A stretch of DNA of 64,000 bases from NCBI RefSeq assembly GCF_041929185.1, contig NZ_JBHFNO010000043.1. One strand, given 5' to 3'. The DNA is from Aerosakkonema funiforme BLCC-F2 (lineage in GTDB: Bacteria; Cyanobacteriota; Cyanobacteriia; Cyanobacteriales; Aerosakkonemataceae). Both the position numbers and the translations under genes were made by a program. Below, one piece after another: positions 38,723 through 45,986 of this stretch; the first letter of the stretch is position 1, and each line of letters opens with the position of its first letter. The notes beneath the pieces were generated by a model, which did no database searches, was not told the origin of the DNA, and saw only the letters and a list, made by a program, of their open reading frames with translations.

Positions 38723-38760
38723 TGCCGTTAGGCGTATCGCTCTTATCCAATTTCACTTCA

Positions 38761-38925
38761 CCGCAGCTTCTCTAAATTCACGCAGACGTTTTTCATACTT
38801 CTGCGCGAACGCCTCTCCCATCTCACAAAGTTCTTTAGCCTTCTGTTCGGTAACTTTCGCAAGTTCAAGCATGGAAGCTAGCTTTGCCTGTTGCGCTTCA
38901 GTCATCGATGGTTCAGTCATCATAA
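38761..38925 (-). CDS. Small helical protein (55 aa) coupled to the upstream 115-aa gene by an ATGATGA overlap
   Basis: Translation MMTEPSMTEAQQAKLASMLELAKVTEQKAKELCEMGEAFAQKYEKRLREFREAAVK. It is below the ORF-track cutoff and was found by manual translation. Confidence 0.35.
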
Positions 38926-39264
38926 ATTCTCCAAATCAGTTTTTAGCCTACTTGCATTTATTTTAACTTCCAGCACCACACCCAGCATTGTTGCCAACTC
39001 TTCTCCAGCATCCTGAATTATCTCTGTAGGTACATTAACTGGCAAAAGTGGCTCAACAGTAAGCTGTATTCTTCGTCTATAGCTTTCAACGAATATTAAT
39101 ATGTTACCAAGAGAAGCAAAGAATTGAATCAACACGACATTATTTGGAAAGCGAGACAACAAACTCCTAGTTAAGTTCAGTCCCTCTGTAGCTTCTCTTT
39201 CAGTCCAATTTAGTTCCTGGTTTAGTTGGTCAATCAAAACTGCTATTTCTGGAGGAATGGCCAT
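38920..39264 (-). CDS. Hypothetical protein (~115 aa) in repeat-delimited cassette
   Basis: Start taken at MAIPPEIAVLIDQLNQELNW. The 41 codons further upstream in the ORF-track ORF run into repeat copy C and are unlikely to be coding. Confidence 0.45.
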   Translation of the reverse strand: MAIPPEIAVLIDQLNQELNWTEREATEGLNLTRSLLSRFPNNVVLIQFFASLGNILIFVESYRRRIQLTVEPLLPVNVPTEIIQDAGEELATMLGVVLEVKINASRLKTDLENL

Positions 39265-39354
39265 ATTTATAAATTTAGCCTTGAGAGCAAATCTTTGAAG
39301 TATTATCAGCATATCATCTGATGAAATAGAAAGCAAAAAAACCGCTATCTTACA

Positions 39355-39448
39355 GTTGCGATCGCACTTCTTCCACACCCTCTCCATTCTGCACCAAAAC
39401 TTTTAGTCAAAAGCGATCGCACCTTACCCAAAATATGTGCGAGCGCTC
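39355..39448. repeat. Dispersed HIP1-bounded intergenic repeat, copy C
   Basis: GCGATCGCACTTCTTCCACACCCTCTCCATTCTGCACCAAAACTTTTAGTCAAAAGCGATCGCACCTTACCCAAAATATGTGCGAGCGC. Confidence 0.8.
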
Positions 39449-39613
39449 CCCTATCTCATCAAATCGTGCTATTATTAATCATATCTAATGCGATCGCTTG
39501 CAAAAGCAGCCCTCCCCAGGTTCAACCAGGAAACGAAAATACACAGTTTCAGCCTCTTAGTGTAAGATCTGAGTAAACCAAACTATAAAAACGTTTGAAC
39601 GCTTGGAGAAGAT

Positions 39614-39850
39614 ATGCCACCAAACGCAACAGATCAAAAACAAGAGTTAGAAATATCCGATATTCGCCAAAAGTATCCCCAACAATGGGTGACAGTGGAC
39701 ATCACCCAGCGAGATAAATATGGCTTGCCTTTTGTGGGAAGAGTTATACTACACTCCAAAACCAAAAAAGATATAGTTGACCAAATCGAAAATACGGAAG
39801 GAGATCTCTACGTTTTCTACAGCGGTGCTATTGACGATGATGTTGACTAG
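39614..39850 (+). CDS. Small hypothetical protein (78 aa)
   Basis: ORF with a plausible start; no domain recognised. Confidence 0.4.
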   Translation: MPPNATDQKQELEISDIRQKYPQQWVTVDITQRDKYGLPFVGRVILHSKTKKDIVDQIENTEGDLYVFYSGAIDDDVD

Positions 39851-40019
39851 AGTAAAATATAACCACCCAGAATAAACAGGTAAGCCGTGTCTGTAATTGT
39901 AGTTGAGCAGGATTTTAGGGGAAAGCCAACTTTTGATAAATTGCAACTGTAAGCGATCGCACTCCCATTTCCTCAAATAATGCTACTATTTAATCATAAT
40001 CAATACCGAATAAAAATAA

Positions 40020-40339
40020 TGGAAAACATTGCTATCTCTGACTTATCGAACCAAAAATCATTAGAAACCTCATTTTCAGAACTAACTGAAAGATGGCGCA
40101 AGGAAACGCAGATGATGTCCTCAATTACCAAAAAATCAAAACATCCTGCTTACCAAGAAATTATCAGCATGGGAACACCAGTTTTACCCCTAATTCTACG
40201 CGAACTGAAGCGCCAGCCAGATCATTGGTTTTGGGCGCTAGTTGCTATCAGCGGAGAAAACCCTGTAAGTTCAGAATCCAACTTCGATCGCGCTGTTGAA
40301 ACTTGGTTGGAATGGGGAAAAAATCGCGGATTAATTTAG
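40020..40339 (+). CDS. Small hypothetical protein (~106 aa) translationally coupled (TAGATG) to the downstream 148-aa gene
   Basis: Start taken at MENIAISDL. Stop and downstream start abut. Confidence 0.45.
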
Positions 40340-40786
40340 ATGGAGTCAATTCAATTAGAACTTTATTTTCCGAATTTAAGAAAGACCGGATATAGGATAG
40401 AAAGCCAAAAAACACCCCGATATAATTGTATTGCTTGGGCTGCTGGTGTAGACGATCGCCCTTGGTGGCCGATCGATTTACCGCCTTATTATTGGCCAGA
40501 AGAACCACGAGTTGAATCCTTAGCCGCTTTCATCAGTGTTTTTCAAAGTTTAGGATATCAAGTTTGCGACAATAGCGATCGCGAAATTGGTTTTGAGAAA
40601 GTAGCAATTTATATAGATGAAGATGAAATCCCAACACATATTGCAAGGCAACTTCCTTCTGGTGAATGGACAAGTAAATGTGGTGATTTGGAAGACATCA
40701 TTCACACTTTAGAAGGACTAGAGGGATCTTATCCAGCTTATGGAAGAGTAGCTTGTGTGATGAAAAGACCAATATCGGGAAGCTAG
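40340..40786 (+). CDS. Hypothetical protein with a possible papain-like Cys motif (PRYNCIAWAAG)
   Basis: A Cys followed by an aromatic/Ala pair (NCIAWA) at the predicted N-terminus of a helix, plus His/Asp candidates downstream. Assignment is tentative. Confidence 0.4.
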   Translation: MESIQLELYFPNLRKTGYRIESQKTPRYNCIAWAAGVDDRPWWPIDLPPYYWPEEPRVESLAAFISVFQSLGYQVCDNSDREIGFEKVAIYIDEDEIPTHIARQLPSGEWTSKCGDLEDIIHTLEGLEGSYPAYGRVACVMKRPISGS

Positions 40787-40830
40787 CATTTATCCGAATA
40801 TATGGAAATTAATTAAGCTAGGGGGAAAAC

Positions 40831-40895
40831 GGGATCGCACTTTCTCCACTCCCTCTCCATTATGCACCAAAACTTTTAGCCAAAAGCGATCGCTG
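40831..40895. repeat. Dispersed HIP1-bounded intergenic repeat, copy D (3' truncated)
   Basis: GGGATCGCACTTTCTCCACTCCCTCTCCATTATGCACCAAAACTTTTAGCCAAAAGCGATCGC. Confidence 0.75.
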
Positions 40896-40941
40896 CCTAA
40901 ATCTTAAGAGCGTGCATAAAATTCAAGCTGTTATTCTAGTT

Positions 40942-43900
40942 TTAGAATTGCATAAAAGAGGTAGATTCAATTACACCTTCAGCTTGATGAACGATCGATC
41001 GCAATTTATCTACCATCTCTGACTCAACATCTTGCCACAACCCGCGCTGATGTGCTTCTAACAATCTTTCTGCCATATCTCGCAACACCCAAGGATTTTT
41101 TTCTTGGATAAATGCCTGCACGGATGGCTCAAATAAATACGCCTCTGCCACTCCTCGATACATAAAGTCTTCCACACAGTTAGCTGTAGCATCGTAGGCA
41201 AATAAATAATCCACCGTCGCCGACATTTCAAACGCACCTTTGTAACCGTGGCGCATCACTCCCGCTATCCACTTGGGATTGACTACGCGAGAACGATATA
41301 CTCGCGCAATTTCCGATCGCAACTGTCTGACTTTGGGATTTTCAGGCAGAGAATTATCGCCAAAATAAGTTTGGGGATTTTTTCCAGTTAAGGCGCGAAC
41401 TGCTGCTGTTAACCCACCCTGAAATTGATAGTAATCATCCGAATCTAGCAAATCGTGTTCGCGGTTGTCTTGATTGTGCAACACGATTTGCATCTGCCGC
41501 AGACGCTGTTCAAATGCTTCTGGTGCTGCAATACCGAATTTGGGATTTTGGATTTGGGTTTTGGGATTTTCCTGTGCCTTTGTTTCCCTATGACTGGATG
41601 TGTAAGCATAGCTACTCCAATTAATATAAGCACGCGCTAAATCTTGCTCATCTTTCCAGTTTTGCGCTTCAATTAAACCTTGCAGACCGGCACCGTAGGC
41701 ACCCGGTTTAGAACCAAAAATGCGATAGTGCGATCGCATTTCTGCCTGTTCTTCATTTAACCCCGCAGCCAGCCAGAATTGCCTTTCTTGCTTCACTTGC
41801 GCCGCCAAAGGATTGTCTTCCGGCGGTTCGTTCAACGCGGCTACCGCCGCTATTGCGCGATCGAATAAATCGATTAAATTCGGAAAAGCATCGCGGAAAA
41901 AACCCGAAATTCGCAGCGTTACATCCACACGCGGACGCCCCAAAACCGCAACTGGCAATATCTCAAAATCTACTACCCGCCGCGATGGGCCATCCCACAC
42001 AGGTCGCACCCCCAGCAATGCCAACGCCTGCGCCACATCATCGCCGCCAGTCCGCATCGTTGCAGTTCCCCATACGGATAATCCCAGTGTTTTAGGATAC
42101 TCGCCATTTGACTGAGTATATTGCTCAATCAAAGTTTCAGCCGCTTTTCTGCCAATATTCCAGGCTGTTTCCGTCGGCAGGCTGCGAATATCAACCGAGT
42201 AAAAATTGCGACCAGTAGGCAGTACTTCCGGGCGTCCCCGCGTAGGTGCACCAGATGGGCCGCTGGGTACAAATCGACCGTCCAAACCGCGCAACAATTG
42301 GGTGATTTCTTGTTGAGTTTGTTGCAGTGCGGGTAGGAGGTAAGTGCTTATCCAATCTAACTCGCGCTTGATTAATTTTCCGCTGTCATCCGATTTGGGA
42401 TTTGGGATTTGGGATTTGGGATTGACTGGGCAATCATCGGACAAAGCTTGAAATTCGGAAACATTTTTTGATGATTCCCATTGAAATAGGAGGCTTGAAA
42501 CCCCTTTTTTTCGGTCAATTGTCTGTTGTTTGTGATGGGTTGCTATTAGCTGTTCTACTAAATTAGCTGCATATTCTTCCAATAACTCGATCGCATCCCC
42601 AGCAGTTTGATATTTTGTGGTGTCTTGATATTTTGTGGGCTCTTGATATTTTGTGGGCTCTTGATATTTTGTGGGCTCTTGATATTTTGTAGGGTCTTGA
42701 TATTTTGTAGGGTCTTGATATTTTGTAGGGTCTTGATATTTTGTGGGCTCTTGATATCTTGTAGGCTCTTGATATCTTGTGGGGTGGGCATCTTGCCCGC
42801 CTTCAATTAATGATGGTGAATTTAATGACAGGCGAGACGCCTGTCCCACAAGAGGTAGGGATGGATCTGCTGTTAAAGGGTCAAAATCCCAACCCCAATC
42901 TTTAGCGATCGCACGAGTTAAACCAAGGCGATTAGTACCGGGATGACGGGCTATAGCTACAATCAAATCCCTTAGCTGTCGCCCCTGCGGACATTGCCCG
43001 AAAATATGTAGTCCGTCCCGAATTTGTGCTTCTTTCAATTCGCAAAGATAACCATCAATTAAAGACAGAAGCGAACTGTCGAAATTTTCAGGAAAAAATT
43101 CTTTGTTTTGATTTTTTACTTTTAAATTTTGACTTACTTCTAAATCTTGCTGTAAATTTTCTTGCGATACCAACTGTGCGATGCGATCGGCTATCATCGG
43201 TAAACGCTTTGGGTCTAAACTTTGCGCCTCATAATATTCATCGATCGAACTTTCTAATTGTTGCAAAGGGCCATAAAGTTCCGCCCGCGTCATCGGTGGC
43301 GTCAAGTGGTCGATAATCACAGCTTGAGCGCGACGTTTAGCTTGAGAACCTTCACCCGGATCGTTGACAATAAACGGATAAAAATGTGGCATCGCACCTA
43401 ATGCCACTTCCGGGTAACAATTACTCGATAAAGCGACACTTTTACCGGGTAGCCATTCCAAATTGCCGTGCTTCCCTACATGAACGATCGCATCTGCTTG
43501 AAAATGTTGTCGCACCCAATAATAAAAAGCTAAATAAGCATGAGTGGGTTCTAAATCCGGGGCATGATAATTCAAACTGGGATCGATATCGTAACCTCGA
43601 CTCGGTTGAATCCCCACAAAAACATTACCTAACTGAATTCCCGAAATTGGAAATAGGAAATTACCCCTTTCGTCCCCCCCGTTGACGGGGGGGATTGAGG
43701 GGGGGTTCCGAATTCCCCAGCGATCGCATATCCCTTGCTGTACATCTTTTGGTAAACTTACAAAATACTCGTTATATTCTTCTAGCGATAATTGCTGCCA
43801 AATCTGTCGTAATTCGCGCCCTTCCGGATCGTTAGTCACCCCAGCAGTCAAGCGTGCAATCAACTCATCGCCCGTTTCAGGTAAATTTTCCAAATAATAA

Positions 43901-45147
43901 CCAGCCGATTGCAACGCCTTCAGAATCTCTACACAACTAGCTGGAGTATCCAATCCCACCCCATTAGCGAGACGCCCATCGCGATTGGGATAATTAGCTA
44001 AAATTAGAGCAATTTTGCGCTCGGAAACGGGAGTTTTACGCAGACGCACCCAGTTTAAAGCTAAATCCGCTACAAAACCAATGCGATCTAATTGCGGTTC
44101 GTATCCCACCACATCAGTTTCCAATTGAGGATGGCGAGATTGCACTGCTTTAAATGAAACTGCTCGACTGATAATTCGCCCATCTACTTCCGGTAGCGCC
44201 ACATTCATCGCCATGTCTCGCGGCGAAAGTCCTTTGTATCCAGATTCCCACTGTTCGACAGTACCGCTGCTAAAAATTACTTGCAATACAGGCACATCTA
44301 AATTTTCAATTGGAGATTGCATTGTCAATCCCAAATCTGAAATGGAAAAGCTAGTTGTATTTAGTAAAATATCTATTTGTTCTGCATCTTTGGGCTGGCA
44401 ATATTGCCACAATTCTGCTTGCACATCAGGTTCTCGTAAAGAAGAGACAAATATCGGCACTGGTTGTAATTTACGAGCGGATAAAGCTTGACAAAGCGCA
44501 TCGATTACAGTTGTATTTCCAGCTAAATAATGAGCGCGGTAAAATAATATTCCAACTTTAGCTATTGACAATTCTGCTTGTTTCCCATTTCCCATTTCCC
44601 AGCGATAAAGTCCCACACGGGGAACTTCTGCTGGTGGCGGCGGATTGTAGGTTTGAGCTAAGCACACATCGGCAACAAATTTAAGCGCGTTCACAAAATT
44701 TTGCACGCCGCCTTCGGTGAAATAGCGCCACAGCTGGTTAACTACTGTGAGGGAGACGGTGGAGCGATCGAATAAATGGGGATCTGGGCGATCGTCTCCC
44801 GGCATCACAATCAGCGTTTTCTGGGATTTTTCCACCGTTTCCCGCACTACTTCCAATCCATAAGACCAGTAGGAACGTCCTCCTAGCAGCCTGACGATAA
44901 TTACCTCTGCTTGTGCAAGCACTTGTTCTGCATAAGTATCAATACTTAACTGTTGTTGCAACTGCAACAGATTCACCACCCGCAGCGCTGGGAATCCCTC
45001 CGGTAGGAAGCCGACTGCGGCGGCAAAGGTTTGGATATCCGTATCCGCAGCAGTTAGAAAAACGATGGGAGCAGGCGTTTGCTCCACAAAAATGACTCCT
45101 TCTTCCTGAAAATTCCACCCTCCGGGGGTAGCAGCTAAACGATGCAA
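40942..45147 (-). CDS. cobN: Cobaltochelatase CobN subunit (1401 aa) carrying in-frame tandem-repeat insertions
   Basis: N-terminus MHRLAATPGGW...IVFLTAADTDIQT and CobN-typical length and blocks throughout. Three insertions: a 21-bp x ~9-10 tandem array (42600-42795) encoding (PTKYQ[DE])n; a (GATTTGG)4.5 heptamer array (42392-42424); and a C7/G7/G7 palindrome (43673-43707). Confidence 0.85.
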   Translation of the reverse strand: MHRLAATPGGWNFQEEGVIFVEQTPAPIVFLTAADTDIQTFAAAVGFLPEGFPALRVVNLLQLQQQLSIDTYAEQVLAQAEVIIVRLLGGRSYWSYGLEVVRETVEKSQKTLIVMPGDDRPDPHLFDRSTVSLTVVNQLWRYFTEGGVQNFVNALKFVADVCLAQTYNPPPPAEVPRVGLYRWEMGNGKQAELSIAKVGILFYRAHYLAGNTTVIDALCQALSARKLQPVPIFVSSLREPDVQAELWQYCQPKDAEQIDILLNTTSFSISDLGLTMQSPIENLDVPVLQVIFSSGTVEQWESGYKGLSPRDMAMNVALPEVDGRIISRAVSFKAVQSRHPQLETDVVGYEPQLDRIGFVADLALNWVRLRKTPVSERKIALILANYPNRDGRLANGVGLDTPASCVEILKALQSAGYYLENLPETGDELIARLTAGVTNDPEGRELRQIWQQLSLEEYNEYFVSLPKDVQQGICDRWGIRNPPSIPPVNGGDERGNFLFPISGIQLGNVFVGIQPSRGYDIDPSLNYHAPDLEPTHAYLAFYYWVRQHFQADAIVHVGKHGNLEWLPGKSVALSSNCYPEVALGAMPHFYPFIVNDPGEGSQAKRRAQAVIIDHLTPPMTRAELYGPLQQLESSIDEYYEAQSLDPKRLPMIADRIAQLVSQENLQQDLEVSQNLKVKNQNKEFFPENFDSSLLSLIDGYLCELKEAQIRDGLHIFGQCPQGRQLRDLIVAIARHPGTNRLGLTRAIAKDWGWDFDPLTADPSLPLVGQASRLSLNSPSLIEGGQDAHPTRYQEPTRYQEPTKYQDPTKYQDPTKYQDPTKYQEPTKYQEPTKYQEPTKYQDTTKYQTAGDAIELLEEYAANLVEQLIATHHKQQTIDRKKGVSSLLFQWESSKNVSEFQALSDDCPVNPKSQIPNPKSDDSGKLIKRELDWISTYLLPALQQTQQEITQLLRGLDGRFVPSGPSGAPTRGRPEVLPTGRNFYSVDIRSLPTETAWNIGRKAAETLIEQYTQSNGEYPKTLGLSVWGTATMRTGGDDVAQALALLGVRPVWDGPSRRVVDFEILPVAVLGRPRVDVTLRISGFFRDAFPNLIDLFDRAIAAVAALNEPPEDNPLAAQVKQERQFWLAAGLNEEQAEMRSHYRIFGSKPGAYGAGLQGLIEAQNWKDEQDLARAYINWSSYAYTSSHRETKAQENPKTQIQNPKFGIAAPEAFEQRLRQMQIVLHNQDNREHDLLDSDDYYQFQGGLTAAVRALTGKNPQTYFGDNSLPENPKVRQLRSEIARVYRSRVVNPKWIAGVMRHGYKGAFEMSATVDYLFAYDATANCVEDFMYRGVAEAYLFEPSVQAFIQEKNPWVLRDMAERLLEAHQRGLWQDVESEMVDKLRSIVHQAEGVIESTSFMQF
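42600..42795. repeat. 21-bp tandem repeat (~9-10 units, CTTGATATTTTGTGGGCTCTTG-type) inside cobN, in frame
   Basis: Direct read. The units vary at 1-3 positions and encode PT(K/R)YQ(D/E)PT heptapeptides. Confidence 0.9.
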
Positions 45148-45986
45148 GATGGTATCCCTTTTTCTGTCTGCTTACTCGACGTTGCGCTCTCTTCAGCGCT
45201 TTTTCATCTTGCCTCAAAATGCGAGGGTTTTCAATTTTTTTCCCATCTGCATCAGTAGAGAAATGGTTCTAACCCATATCTAAGCCTAATATCTTACCAG
45301 TTAAATCATGATTTGCCTTACTTTCGCCATCAATGCAAAACTGTGCTTAATATCCATCAGAACGGCTAACTATTCTAACTCGCTGGATTTGACGGATCTC
45401 AGAGAAGTGCAAATCTCTATTTCCCTAAAGCTTGAAAATGCCTCCACCAAACTGGTCGGTAAATGTGATATTTCTTCTTGCTTGCGATCGCACCCATCCG
45501 CAGGTTTTATATTTAACAGATGTCCTTCTTTGCAGCCGCTTGAATTTTGGATACCTTTTGGCCTGGGACTTGATTTTTCCAATTATCAAAGAATTTGTAT
45601 ATGCCTACCAGTTTTCTTTCAGCCATTGGTTAACGTGACATTGAGTTAAGTTTTTTACCCAAGCGAACTCAGGGTTTTCAGCTAAACCCGGTCGTATTTT
45701 ATTGATATCCATACCGTTTATTCCTGGATCGTCCATCCTGTAACGCAAAGATTTATTACGAAAAAAAGGCCAGTCCGCAACATATCATCAATGATGCGAT
45801 ACTGGCTGAGAGTTTCTTGTAACTTAGCTTCATAAACTAGCATTTATGTAAAACAATTATTCAGGTATTGTAGCAATGTTTGTAAAAATATGGTACTCGA
45901 TGTACCATATTTTTAACACCTTCGCTCCCAACCAAACTAACGGTATAATCGCGGTAAAAGGCAAATCTGATAAATAAATATCTAAA

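Noticed and set aside
38920-39387. Full 155-aa ORF as given by the ORF track
   Set aside because: The first 41 codons (MERVWKKCDRNCK…) are a translation of dispersed-repeat copy C. A start at MAIPPEI (39264) is more plausible.
42392-42795. CRISPR array considered for the regularly spaced repeats
   Set aside because: The units are 7 or 21 bp, directly abutting with no spacers, and lie inside an intact cobN reading frame. They are microsatellite or minisatellite repeats, not CRISPR.
42558-42810. ORFs 42558..42806 (-) and 42607..42810 (+) with translations such as IFCGLLIFCG…
   Set aside because: They are read-through of the 21-bp tandem repeat inside cobN in non-coding frames.
45148-45420. 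Possible cobalamin riboswitch in the cobN 5' leader
   Set aside because: I looked on the minus strand for a B12 box (GCCACUG) and the GGUGCC...GAA...GGG core and did not find them. Without a covariance-model search I cannot support a riboswitch here.
45308-45649. ORFs in the cobN/cikA-like divergent intergenic region (45308..45649, 45370..45582, 45432..45638)
   Set aside because: They overlap one another in different frames, are AT-rich, and have no recognisable domains. They are more likely promoter or UTR sequence.
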